From positions 80,457-144,456 of the forward strand of contig CADAUA010000006.1 of assembly GCA_902791035.1 (NCBI GenBank): DNA of 64,000 nucleotides, in the 5' to 3' direction. The notes under the pieces were generated by a model. That model made no database searches. It saw only the letters and a list, made by a program, of their open reading frames with translations, and was not told where the DNA came from. The position numbers were made by a program, and so were the translations under genes. Positions 25,631 through 34,600 of this stretch are shown here, piece after piece. Each line of letters begins with the position of its first letter. The first letter of the stretch is position 1. The DNA is from an uncultured Coriobacteriaceae bacterium. GTDB lineage: Bacteria; Actinomycetota; Coriobacteriia; Coriobacteriales; Atopobiaceae.

Positions 25631-27928
25631 CTACATCATGTCGTGGGCGTCCACGTCCACGGCCAGGCTCACGCCCGGGCGCGCCTTGACCCGCGCGGCG
25701 CAGTCGCCGAGAAGCCCGCCCAGGTCCGCCCCCACCGGGCACTTAACCATCACGTGCCGGCGGGTCCGGTCCTTCACCCGGGCCTTCACGCAGTCGGCGG
25801 GCCCCAGGACCTCCCAGCCCGCGCGCTCCCCCACGACCACGCGCAGGCCGGCCGCCAGCTCGTCGGCAACCTCCCGCACGGCCGTGGCGCTGCGCCCCGT
25901 CACGGTCACGTTTCCCAGGCGCGAGAAGGGCGGGTATCCGGCCTCCCGCCGCTCGGCCAGCTCCGGCTCGAGGAAGACCTGCCGGTCGTGGGCCACCACG
26001 GCCTGGATGGCCGGGTGCGCCGCCCAGTAGGTCTGCACGATCACCTGGCCGACCTTCTCCCCTCGCCCGGCACGGCCCGCCACCTGCTCGAGCAGGTCGT
26101 AGGTGCGCTCGGCCGCACGGAAGTCGGGCAGCTTGAGCATGGTGTCCGCGTTTATCACGCCCACCAGCGTGACCTCCGGGAAGTCCAGCCCCTTGGCGAT
26201 CATCTGCGTGCCCACGAGCACGGCGCACTCAGCCGCGTCGAACTGCTCCAGGAGGCGCTGGTGGGCGCCCTTCTGGCGCGTGGTGTCCGCGTCCATGCGG
26301 ATGACCTCCACCCCTGCCGGCAGGAGCATGCGGAGCTCGTCCTCCACCCGCTGGGTGCCCACGCCATAGGCGGCCATGTAGCGGCTGCCGCACACGGGGC
26401 AGGCCGTCGACGGGTCCGGGTAGGCCCGCACCGGCCAGGACCTGCCGCAGCTGTGGCACATGAGGGAGTGGGTGCGCTCGTGGTAGGTGAGGGCCGTGGA
26501 ACAGTGGGGGCACTCGGGCACGGCCCCGCACTCGCGGCACATGAGGAAGTTGGCGAAGCCCCGGCGGTTGAGCAGGAGGACGGCCTTCTCGCCCCGCTCC
26601 ACCACGCCCTCGAGCGCCTGGCGCAGGGGCGGCGAGAAGACCGACCTGCCCCCGTCACGGAACTGCTGGGCCATGTCGACCACCGTGACCTTGGGCAGGA
26701 CCGCCCCGCCCGGCCGCTCCGGCATGGACATGCGCGTCCACGTCCTGCCGCGCCAGCTCCCCTCGCGGCAGCGCTCGAGGGCCTCGAGCGACGGCGTGGC
26801 CGACCCCAGCACGAGCGCACAGCCCCGCTCGGCCGCCAGCCGCGCGGCCACGTCGCGCGCGTGGTAGCGGGGGGCCTGGTCCTGCTTGTAGGACCCCTCG
26901 TGCTCCTCGTCGATGATGATGAGGCCGGGGTCAGCGAGCGGTGCGAAGAGGGCCGACCGGGCGCCCACCACCACGTGTACCCGCCCCTGGCGCACCAGGT
27001 CCCACTGGTCGTAGCGCTCTCCCGTGGAGAGCCTGGAGTGCAGGACCGCTACGTCCTCGCCAAAGCGCGAGCGGAAGCGCCCCACGGTCTGCGCCGTGAG
27101 GGATATCTCGGGCACGAGCACGAGTGCCCCCCGCCCCTCCGCCAGGGCGTGCTCGATGGCATCCAGATAGACCTCGGTCTTGCCCGAGCCCGTTACGCCA
27201 TCCACCAGCACCACGGAGCCGTCGGCGCGCCTGCGCGCGGCATCGATGACAGCCAGGGCCTCGGTCTGGCCGCGCGTGAGGGATTCCGGCCGCGGGGCCG
27301 CCGCCGACGAGAGCGTCGTGCCCTCGCCCCCACGCACCAGCCGCCGGGACGTGACCTCCACCACGCCACGCTTCTGGAGCGCACGCACGGCCGTGCCGGC
27401 CCCGGGGATGGTGGCCGAGAGCTCGGCCAGGCGCTGCGGCCCGGCAAGAAGCGCCTGCACCACCGCGCGCTGGCGGCTCGCGTTTCTCACCGGCTCGAAG
27501 CCGGGATCCAGGAGCTCCACCCAGCGCGCGTCCATGGGACCGGCCTGCTCGCGCACGAGCTCCCAGGGGGACGCCTCGTCCGTCCGCGTGACCTTGACCC
27601 GCTGCCCGGGTGCCAGCCAGGGCCGCACCGCCTCGCAGAGGGGGCAGGCGTACTCGTGGGCCATCCAGCGGATCACGACCGCGGCGTGCTCGTCGAAGGC
27701 CGAGGGCGCGAGCACCTGCGCGACGGGTTGGACCTTCTCCGCAGGCACGCCGGCCGGCGGCTCGTCGGAGGTGGCCAGCACGTAGCCCACCACGTTGCGG
27801 TGCGAGAAGGACACGAGCACCGTGGCCCCCACCACGCAGGCAGCCTCCATCTCCTCCGGCACCAGATAGTCGAAGGTGTCCCGCAGCGCGCGGGTGGGTA
27901 TGTCGGGAATGACGGATGCGAAGCGCAC
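25631..27928 (-). CDS. priA: Primosomal protein N' (PriA helicase)
   Basis: Walker A is DGVTGSGKTEVY. Cys-rich zinc motifs (CRECG...CPHC...CHSCG...CPVCG) are present. I infer a GTG start at 27928, preceded by GGGAGG. Confidence 0.9.
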   Translation of the reverse strand: MRFASVIPDIPTRALRDTFDYLVPEEMEAACVVGATVLVSFSHRNVVGYVLATSDEPPAGVPAEKVQPVAQVLAPSAFDEHAAVVIRWMAHEYACPLCEAVRPWLAPGQRVKVTRTDEASPWELVREQAGPMDARWVELLDPGFEPVRNASRQRAVVQALLAGPQRLAELSATIPGAGTAVRALQKRGVVEVTSRRLVRGGEGTTLSSAAAPRPESLTRGQTEALAVIDAARRRADGSVVLVDGVTGSGKTEVYLDAIEHALAEGRGALVLVPEISLTAQTVGRFRSRFGEDVAVLHSRLSTGERYDQWDLVRQGRVHVVVGARSALFAPLADPGLIIIDEEHEGSYKQDQAPRYHARDVAARLAAERGCALVLGSATPSLEALERCREGSWRGRTWTRMSMPERPGGAVLPKVTVVDMAQQFRDGGRSVFSPPLRQALEGVVERGEKAVLLLNRRGFANFLMCRECGAVPECPHCSTALTYHERTHSLMCHSCGRSWPVRAYPDPSTACPVCGSRYMAAYGVGTQRVEDELRMLLPAGVEVIRMDADTTRQKGAHQRLLEQFDAAECAVLVGTQMIAKGLDFPEVTLVGVINADTMLKLPDFRAAERTYDLLEQVAGRAGRGEKVGQVIVQTYWAAHPAIQAVVAHDRQVFLEPELAERREAGYPPFSRLGNVTVTGRSATAVREVADELAAGLRVVVGERAGWEVLGPADCVKARVKDRTRRHVMVKCPVGADLGGLLGDCAARVKARPGVSLAVDVDAHDMM

Positions 27929-27974
27929 GGGACACCTCCCTGGTCCATGCAAGTGCTGAGACGACCCTTCCAGC

Positions 27975-28982
27975 CTAGTCCTCGAGGGCGCCCTCCGGAT
28001 CTGCCAACGAGACCGCTACGTCCTGCCACCTGGGGTTGGTCAGGATCTCCGCGTCGTCTCCCAGGAAGGCACTACCTGCCTCGGCGTCCCTCTGGAGCCA
28101 GTAGCAGAACCAGGCCGTCATGTACCCGTCGGCCTTCGAGAGCATGTCCCCGTGCTCGGCCCCCACCAGCCGAGCCATGGCCTTGGGCACGTCCGCGCCC
28201 ACGGCATCATAGTTCTCATGCATGGACCAGAGCGGTGCGATGCCCGCGTTGCCATCCTCCTTGCCGTCGCCCGCATCGGACGCGCCCGTGCCCGCGACCA
28301 TGAGGTAGGGAGCCTTGATCGCAGAGGCGTCGTAGGGCCAGCCAAGGTTCTGGGCCAGCAGCTGGAAGGTCGTGCTGGCGCCAAAGACCGCCTTGTAGGT
28401 CATGGCGTGCGGCTGCGTGGTCGCCGCGTTAACGACCGCCACACCGCCCTGGGAGTGGCCCGCCAGGCCGACCCTTTCGCCGTCGATGCGCTGGTAGAAG
28501 ACGCTTTGGGCATCCTCGTTCTGCGCAAGCAGGAAGGCCAGGCTCCGCTCGCAGGACTCCCCGCTCCAGGAGCTGGGATCCTCGTTGCCCACCACGACGA
28601 AGCCCCACGAGGCCAGGTGCTCGAAGACGGCCTGGTACTTGCTCGCGGGGGTGCCGGTCCCGTTGGCCACGACGACCACAGGCCATGCCCGGTCGGAGCC
28701 CTCCAGGTCGGCGGGGTACCACACCTCGTACTTCTTTATGGTGTCGTCTGCGGCGTCGAAGTCCTGGTGGCCCACCTGGTAGGGGCCCATGGCCGTGTAG
28801 CGTGCCTCCACGGGGCCACCCGCCTCCACGTGCTCGTAGTAGTCTTGCGCCACCGTGGGCATGGCCGAGCCCACCACCAGCAGGGCCACGACCAAGCCCA
28901 CCACCACAAGCACCACGATGCCCAGGACCTTGAGCACACGCCTCACACCCCTCAGGCTCCCCGCCCCTTTGCGCGCCACCAT
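27975..28982 (-). CDS. Membrane-anchored alpha/beta hydrolase (dienelactone-hydrolase / cutinase-like fold)
   Basis: The ATG at 28982 follows GGGAGGAGA. It has an N-terminal TM (VLGIVVLVVVGLVVALLVVG), a nucleophile elbow GHSQGG, and a candidate catalytic His in GAEHGDM. Confidence 0.75.
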   Translation of the reverse strand: MVARKGAGSLRGVRRVLKVLGIVVLVVVGLVVALLVVGSAMPTVAQDYYEHVEAGGPVEARYTAMGPYQVGHQDFDAADDTIKKYEVWYPADLEGSDRAWPVVVVANGTGTPASKYQAVFEHLASWGFVVVGNEDPSSWSGESCERSLAFLLAQNEDAQSVFYQRIDGERVGLAGHSQGGVAVVNAATTQPHAMTYKAVFGASTTFQLLAQNLGWPYDASAIKAPYLMVAGTGASDAGDGKEDGNAGIAPLWSMHENYDAVGADVPKAMARLVGAEHGDMLSKADGYMTAWFCYWLQRDAEAGSAFLGDDAEILTNPRWQDVAVSLADPEGALED

Positions 28983-29053
28983 CCGTCTCCTCCCACGATA
29001 CGACAAGGACCGGACGCATTCGCCCGGCCCCTGCCCAGCCCATTCCGTAAGTC

Positions 29054-30082
29054 CTACTCCCCCACCGGCAGGTAGCGGTCCAGGTACTCCTCGACCTTCT
29101 CCATGTAGGCACGGTTGACGTCGCCGTCGTTCTGCAGGCCATGGCCCGAGTGCTCGGCCACGAAGTACTCGTGGGGCACGCCGTGCTCCGTGAGGGCCGC
29201 GTCCAGGCGGACGGAGGCCAGGTAGGGCTGCATGGTATCGTACTTGCCGTAGGCCATGACGGTGGGGACCGTCTGGTCCGTCACCCAGAGCAGGGCGCTC
29301 GCGGGCTTTGTGGCCTCGTCCCAGGCCGGGGTGCCCAGCATGTCGGGCGTGAGGGTGGCGCCGCACATGGTGGAGAAGAGCCCGCAGGCGGCCTCTATGT
29401 TCTCGGGCTTGTCGAAGCCGTAGCAGGTCCAGTCCTCGGGATAGAAGCTGGAGGGGCCCACGGCCTCGAAGACCATCCGCACCGGCACGGGCGAGGTGGC
29501 GGCGTCGCGGTAGCCGTAGATGAGGGCCAGGCAGCCGCCGGCAGACCCGCCCGCCACGGCCATCTGGTCCACGTCGTAGCCCGCGGCCCGCGCCGCCTCC
29601 ACCACGTGGGGCATGGCGTCGCGGATCTCCTCGGACTGGGTGAGGACGTTGGCCTCGGGGTTCTCCTCCGAGAAGAGCGTGTAGTTGATGCCCGCGGCCA
29701 CGTAGCCCTTGGAGCAGAGCCACTGGAGCATCTCCGCGTCGCCGGACTTGTCACCGGAGGTGAAACCACCCGGGTGCAGGTAGACCACCAGGCCGTAGTG
29801 GTCGCGGCTCGCATCCGCCGGCAGGTATAGGTCGAACTTGTTGGCCGGGCCGTCGCCGTAGGGGAGGTCGGTCTGCTTGGTGCCGATGGCATCGGACCAC
29901 TCCACGCTGTACCTCTTGGCCCAGTCGGGCTTGGCCAAGAGCTTGCTCGCCACTCCCACGCCAGCCGCCAGGATGAAGACCAGGATCGTCAGTGCCACGA
30001 ACTTCCCCGTTCCCCTCGCCTTGCGCTCCGCCCTGCGGGCCGCTCGGCGCGCCTTGCGCGCGTCCTTGTCCTCGGCCGTCAC
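29054..30082 (-). CDS. Membrane-anchored esterase/lipase (alpha/beta hydrolase fold-3 type)
   Basis: The oxyanion motif is HPGGF and the nucleophile elbow is GGSAGG. A basic N-terminus precedes a TM (FVALTILVFILAAGVGVAS). I infer a GTG start at 30082, overlapping the stop of the upstream small ORF. Confidence 0.7.
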   Translation of the reverse strand: MTAEDKDARKARRAARRAERKARGTGKFVALTILVFILAAGVGVASKLLAKPDWAKRYSVEWSDAIGTKQTDLPYGDGPANKFDLYLPADASRDHYGLVVYLHPGGFTSGDKSGDAEMLQWLCSKGYVAAGINYTLFSEENPEANVLTQSEEIRDAMPHVVEAARAAGYDVDQMAVAGGSAGGCLALIYGYRDAATSPVPVRMVFEAVGPSSFYPEDWTCYGFDKPENIEAACGLFSTMCGATLTPDMLGTPAWDEATKPASALLWVTDQTVPTVMAYGKYDTMQPYLASVRLDAALTEHGVPHEYFVAEHSGHGLQNDGDVNRAYMEKVEEYLDRYLPVGE

Positions 30083-30216
30083 AGGAAGTCGCCCCCAAGG
30101 AGCGTGCCGCCCAGGAGCAGGTTGCCCACAGCGCGCAGGGCCAGCCGGCCGACCACGAAGCCCACGACCGCCGCAACGACCAGGATCACCACGCGTCTCT
30201 TCGTAAGGAATCTCAT
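30079..30216 (-). CDS. Candidate 45-aa small membrane protein, translationally coupled to the esterase
   Basis: The product is MRFLTKRRVVILVVAAVVGFVVGRLALRAVGNLLLGGTLLGGDFL. GGAGG lies 5 nt upstream of the ATG at 30216. Its TGA overlaps the GTG of the esterase (GTGA). Confidence 0.4.
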   Translation of the reverse strand: MRFLTKRRVVILVVAAVVGFVVGRLALRAVGNLLLGGTLLGGDFL

Positions 30217-30436
30217 GCTTGCCTCCAACACCCATGGCCTGAAGTGTCCCTTTCTCGGATGTGACATTTGTACCATCAATGGCTGACAAAGGCCACGTCT
30301 GGCGGAAAATGGCGCAAAGGGGCCGATTTGTACCATCGCGATTGGCCGGGGTTGCGGCACACGCCCCTCCCGCATCAACCAACCATCCCCCTTCCGCATC
30401 AACTAACATATGGACAGACCAAGAGAGGCGGAACCC

Positions 30437-31120
30437 ATGGGAAAGACAAGGCGCAAGAAGCAGGCAACGGCCAGGACCCAGGAGAGGGCGCGCGAGCGCG
30501 CGGCCGAGGTCTCGGCGCTTCCGGACTACGCCCTGCGCGGGACCATCTTTGCGGGCAGGACGTCATACACGAACGACATGCTGGCGCGCGTCGCCAAGCT
30601 CTCCCTGGGCGAGAACGCAGCCAAGGCCTACACCGCCATCGCCGCGGTCTTCGGACTAATGGGCCTGCAGCTGGTACAGGGGGAGGCTGGCCTGCCGAGC
30701 GTCCTGATGGGCCTCGCCTCGCTGGTCATCTGCCTGGTCCTCTTCGCCTGGACGACCGTCGCGCCGCCCATCGCCGCCTGGCTCCAGGGCCGCCGGCTCG
30801 ACAGGGCCGCCAAGGATGCCTCCGCCCCGGCGCGGGACTACCACTTCTACGTGACCAAGAAGGAGATCGGCATCGTGAGACCCGATGGCGAGGAGGTGCG
30901 TCGCCCGCTCGGGGACTTCGTCTCCTACGCCACGGACGACGTCCTCTATGCGCTGGTCCCGCGCGGTGCCGGAGGTGCCACCAGCTCGCGGCACATCCTG
31001 TCGTGGGGCCTCGACCCGACCCGCGGGGTCGTGGCCCTGCCCCTAGACGACATGGACTACGGCATCCCGGCCGACCTGGCCGCCTTCGTAAGGGAGCAGG
31101 TAGGACAGAAGGTCCAGTAG
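30437..31120 (+). CDS. Hypothetical membrane protein (two predicted TM helices)
   Basis: I chose the ATG at 30437 because GAGAGG lies upstream; the ATG at 30410 has no SD. The N-terminus is basic, followed by two hydrophobic segments and a soluble C-domain. I recognise no family motif with confidence. Confidence 0.5.
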   Translation: MGKTRRKKQATARTQERARERAAEVSALPDYALRGTIFAGRTSYTNDMLARVAKLSLGENAAKAYTAIAAVFGLMGLQLVQGEAGLPSVLMGLASLVICLVLFAWTTVAPPIAAWLQGRRLDRAAKDASAPARDYHFYVTKKEIGIVRPDGEEVRRPLGDFVSYATDDVLYALVPRGAGGATSSRHILSWGLDPTRGVVALPLDDMDYGIPADLAAFVREQVGQKVQ

Positions 31121-31160
31121 CCACGACGGCGATTCGAAGGCGTCCGAGAGGGCCCTGCGT

Positions 31161-31225
31161 ACCAGTCCTTTGAACCAGTCCTTTGAACCAGCCCTTCGTA
31201 CCAGCCCTTATCCAACCCCTTGCAC
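31161..31225. repeat. 13-bp degenerate tandem repeat (about 5 units) immediately upstream of the bcp ribosome-binding site
   Basis: The units are ACCAGTCCTTTGA, ACCAGTCCTTTGA, ACCAGCCCTTCGT, ACCAGCCCTTATC and CAACCCCTTGCAC. Confidence 0.8.
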
Positions 31226-31239
31226 CGAGAGGAGCTTCC

Positions 31240-31704
31240 ATGCTAGAGATCGGGACCCTTGCACCAGACTTCGAGCTGCCCGACCAGGACGGCACCACCC
31301 ACCGCCTCTCTGACTACCGCGGCCGCAAGGTGGTGCTCTACTTCTACCCGCGCGACAACACCGCCGGCTGCACCAAGCAGGCCTGCGGCTTCGCCGAGCT
31401 CTACCCCGCCTTCAACGAGCGCGGGGCCGTGGTCCTGGGCGTGTCCAAGGACTCCGTGGCATCCCATAAGCGCTTCCAAGACAAGTACGGCCTGCCCTTC
31501 ACCCTCCTTTCCGACCTCGACCACCAGGTCATAGAGGCCTACGGCGCCTGGCAGGAGAAGAAGAGCTACGGCAAGGCCAGCATGGGGACCGTCCGCACCA
31601 CCTACCTGATCGACGAGGAGGGCGTGATCCGCCGCGCCAAGGAGAAGGTCAAGGCGGCAGACGACCCGCAGGCGGAGCTGGACGCCCTGGCCGAGCTCGG
31701 CTAG
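31240..31704 (+). CDS. bcp: Thiol peroxidase, Bcp-type peroxiredoxin
   Basis: The ATG at 31240 follows GAGAGGAG. The peroxidatic Cys context is FYPRDNTAGCTKQAC. The product is 154 aa. Confidence 0.9.
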   Translation: MLEIGTLAPDFELPDQDGTTHRLSDYRGRKVVLYFYPRDNTAGCTKQACGFAELYPAFNERGAVVLGVSKDSVASHKRFQDKYGLPFTLLSDLDHQVIEAYGAWQEKKSYGKASMGTVRTTYLIDEEGVIRRAKEKVKAADDPQAELDALAELG

Positions 31705-31736
31705 CCCGGTGGAAGCGGACCGGTTGGCAGCATACC

Positions 31737-32483
31737 ATGAAGATAATCATCTCCCCCGCCAAGAAGATGCGCGCCGACTGCGACGACCTGCCCACGGCGA
31801 GCGAGCCCGCCTACCTGGACCGTGCGCAGGAGGTCCTGGACTGGTTGCGGACCCTCTCGTACGACCAGGCCAAGGCCCTTTGGACCTGCAGCGACGCCAT
31901 CGCGAGCCCGGCCTACGACCAGCTGCAAGCCGCGGACCTCTCCGGCCCCACGGTGCCGGCCGTCCTCTCCTATGACGGCATCGCCTTCACCTACATGGCG
32001 GCGGGCGTCATGGAGGAGGCCCAGCTCGGCTACCTCCAGGACCACCTGGTCATCCTCTCCGCCCTCTACGGGGCGCTCCGTCCCTTCGACGGCGTGGTGC
32101 CCTACCGCCTGGAGATGCAGGAGAGGGCCCACGTGGCGGGCACGCGCAACCTCTATGAGTACTGGGGCGACGCCGCCTATCGCGCCGCCATGGACGAGGA
32201 CCGCGTGGTCGTGAACCTGGCATCCAAGGAGTACTCCCGCATGGTGGGTCGGTGGCTGCGCCCGGGCGACCGGATGGTCACCTGCACCTTTGCGAGCGAG
32301 GTCGCGGGCAGGCTCGTGCAGAAGGGCGTCTACTGCAAGATGGCCCGGGGCGAGATGGTGCGCTACATGGCGGTCCACGGCGTGGAGCGCCCTGAGGACC
32401 TGGTCGGCTTCGACTCGCCCGACTGGCGCTTCCGCGAGGACCTCTCCCAGCCGGACGAGCTTGTCTTCGTCCGCAAGGCCTAG
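31737..32483 (+). CDS. yaaA: Peroxide stress protein YaaA (DUF328/UPF0246)
   Basis: MKIIISPAKKM... is the N-terminal signature. The product is 248 aa and the gene is adjacent to bcp. Confidence 0.9.
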   Translation: MKIIISPAKKMRADCDDLPTASEPAYLDRAQEVLDWLRTLSYDQAKALWTCSDAIASPAYDQLQAADLSGPTVPAVLSYDGIAFTYMAAGVMEEAQLGYLQDHLVILSALYGALRPFDGVVPYRLEMQERAHVAGTRNLYEYWGDAAYRAAMDEDRVVVNLASKEYSRMVGRWLRPGDRMVTCTFASEVAGRLVQKGVYCKMARGEMVRYMAVHGVERPEDLVGFDSPDWRFREDLSQPDELVFVRKA

Positions 32484-32514
32484 GCGTGCCAAAGGTTTCT
32501 GACACTCTTGGCAT
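32484..32514. repeat. Family-2 dispersed hairpin repeat
   Basis: GCGTGCCAAAGGTTTC-TGA-CACTCTTGGCATG, directly after the yaaA stop. Confidence 0.8.
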
Positions 32515-32626
32515 GACTTGTTCAGTAATTCGAAAGCTATGGTCACTTCCTCGATTGCCCCAAGGCGCTGGGTCGCATAGAGTACAAGGCGTCAAAAGGG
32601 CGGTGCCACCAAACAAGGCACAAAAT

Positions 32627-32690
32627 GGCTTGTAATCCCTCGGGAGCAACGACCAGGACCCAGCAGGAGCTGGGGTCTGGTCGTTTTTTT
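32627..32690 (+). promoter_or_regulatory. RAT (ribonucleic antiterminator) overlapping a rho-independent terminator in the PTS leader
   Basis: GGCTTGTAATCCCTCGGGAGCAACGACC matches the RAT pattern GGnTTGTnA...GCAAnnACC. It overlaps the 5' arm of ACGACCAGGACCCAGC-AGGA-GCTGGGGTCTGGTCGT, which is followed by a run of T. Confidence 0.65.
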
Positions 32691-32786
32691 GTTGGCCACC
32701 GCCCGTCAAGCCTGTCAGAAGGGCTGCAGACCTCCTGGTAGGACAGCCGAAAAAGGGGAACTGGATCGGATGGGAGGTAGCACGGC

Positions 32787-34499
32787 ATGAGCGAACGACC
32801 GCAAGCCGGCACGACCGAGCAGGCCATCATCGGGCTCCTGGGTGGGGGCCAGAACGTGACCTTCTCGCACGCGACGGCGCAAGGCCTGATGTTCATCGTC
32901 AAGGACCAGAGCCTCGTGGACCTGGGTCAGATTTCGCAAATGGGGGAAGTCCGGTCCTGCGAGCTCGCGGACGGAACGCTCACCGTGTCTCTCGGAAACA
33001 CCAAGGAGGACCAAATGGCAAGCAAGTATCACGACTTTGCAGGCGAGGTGCTCGAGAACGTCGGCGGTCTCGCCAACGTGAAGGGCCTCACCCACTGCAT
33101 CACCCGTCTCCGCTTTACGCTCGCGGACGAAGGCAAGGCTAACACCGACCACCTGAAGGACATGGACGGCGTCATCACCGTCATGCAGGCGGGCGGCCAG
33201 TACCAGGTGGTCGTGGGCAACAAGGTCGACGACGTCTACGACACCCTGGTCAACGAGTTCGGCGTCAAGGGCGCGGGCGAGGTCCCGGCCGACGAGGGCC
33301 AGGACGACCCCTCGGGCGAGAAGACCGACCTCTTTACCGCCCTCATGAACACGATCTCGGGCGTCATGGGCCCCTCGCTCATGGGCCTGGCCGCGGCCGG
33401 TATGATCAAGGGCATCATCTCCCTCCTCGTGGCCCTCGGCCTCATGCAGACGACGGACGGCGCCTACATGGTGTGGTACGCCATCAGCGATGGCTTCTTC
33501 TACTTCCTGCCCATCATCCTGGGCTACACCGCCGCAAAGAAGTTCGGCGCGAACGAGTTCATCGGCATGACCATCGGCGCCGCCCTCGTCTACCCCGCCA
33601 TGGTCAACCTGGCGACCACCAACGAGGTCGTGGGCTCGCTCTTTGTCGGCACGGTCTTCCAGATGGACTACTACAACACCTTCTTTGGCCTGCCCATCGT
33701 TCTACCTGCCGCTGGCTACCCCATGTCCGTGATCCCCGTCATCCTGGCCGTGTGGGTTGATTCCATGCTGGAGAAGTGGCTCAAGGGCATCATCCCCGAG
33801 TCCCTCAAGGGCTTCCTGGTCCCCTCCATCTGCATCGCCGTCATGGGTCCCCTCACCTACCTGCTCATCGGCCCCATCGCCGGCCTGATCTCCGGCGTCC
33901 TCACCTTCATCGCCGAGACCATCTACAACATCCCCGTGGCTGGTGCGGCCATCTCCGGCCTGGTCATCGGCGGCGCCTGGGGCACCCTGGTCATGTTCGG
34001 CCTGCACTGGGCCATCGTCCCCGTCTTCCTCAACAACTTCGCGACCCTTGGCTTTGACTACGTGTCTGCCGTGACCCTGATCGGCGGCTTCATCGGCCTG
34101 GGCCAGGGCGTGGCCTTCCTCATCAAGACCAAGAACAAGAAGATGAAGGACATTGCCGTCCCCGCCGTCATCTCCCAGGCCATCGGCATCGGCGAGCCGC
34201 TCCTCTACGGTATCCAGATCCCCAGCAAGATCCTCTTCGTCCAGAACATCATCCTGTCCGCCATCGGCGGCCTGATCCTGGGCCTCTTCAAGGTCAAGGT
34301 CTACATGCCGGGCGGCATGGGCTTCTTCACCTTCCCCTCCTACATCGACCCCGCCAACCCCGGCGACCTTTCCAACATGATCATCTGCTTCGTCGTGGTG
34401 ATGGCGATGATGGTCGCGGGCTTCGCGCTCACCATGGTCACCTACTCCGACGAGAAGGCCGGCTTCGCTCCCAAGGGCACCCAGAAGGTCGCCGCCTAG
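32787..34499 (+). CDS. PTS beta-glucoside-family transporter, EIIB(degenerate)-EIIB-EIIC, no EIIA domain
   Basis: The EIIB active-site context is GLTHCITRLRF and a multi-TM EIIC follows. The N-terminal 76 aa resemble a second EIIB lacking the Cys. An internal ATG at 33015 with AAGGAGG is an alternative start. Confidence 0.85.
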   Translation: MSERPQAGTTEQAIIGLLGGGQNVTFSHATAQGLMFIVKDQSLVDLGQISQMGEVRSCELADGTLTVSLGNTKEDQMASKYHDFAGEVLENVGGLANVKGLTHCITRLRFTLADEGKANTDHLKDMDGVITVMQAGGQYQVVVGNKVDDVYDTLVNEFGVKGAGEVPADEGQDDPSGEKTDLFTALMNTISGVMGPSLMGLAAAGMIKGIISLLVALGLMQTTDGAYMVWYAISDGFFYFLPIILGYTAAKKFGANEFIGMTIGAALVYPAMVNLATTNEVVGSLFVGTVFQMDYYNTFFGLPIVLPAAGYPMSVIPVILAVWVDSMLEKWLKGIIPESLKGFLVPSICIAVMGPLTYLLIGPIAGLISGVLTFIAETIYNIPVAGAAISGLVIGGAWGTLVMFGLHWAIVPVFLNNFATLGFDYVSAVTLIGGFIGLGQGVAFLIKTKNKKMKDIAVPAVISQAIGIGEPLLYGIQIPSKILFVQNIILSAIGGLILGLFKVKVYMPGGMGFFTFPSYIDPANPGDLSNMIICFVVVMAMMVAGFALTMVTYSDEKAGFAPKGTQKVAA

Positions 34500-34522
34500 C
34501 AAAAGCGCGCATAGCACTCCCC

Positions 34523-34560
34523 GACGCACCGTCTGTTCCAGGCGGTGCGTCTTTCGTGTT
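34523..34560 (+). terminator. Candidate (partial) terminator between the PTS gene and the antiterminator gene
   Basis: GACGCACCG - 11 nt loop - CGGTGCGTC, followed by TTTCGTGTT. Confidence 0.4.
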
Positions 34561-34600
34561 GGTGGTACCTTTGAAGGCCGTGACGAGAGGGGGCAGCCCT

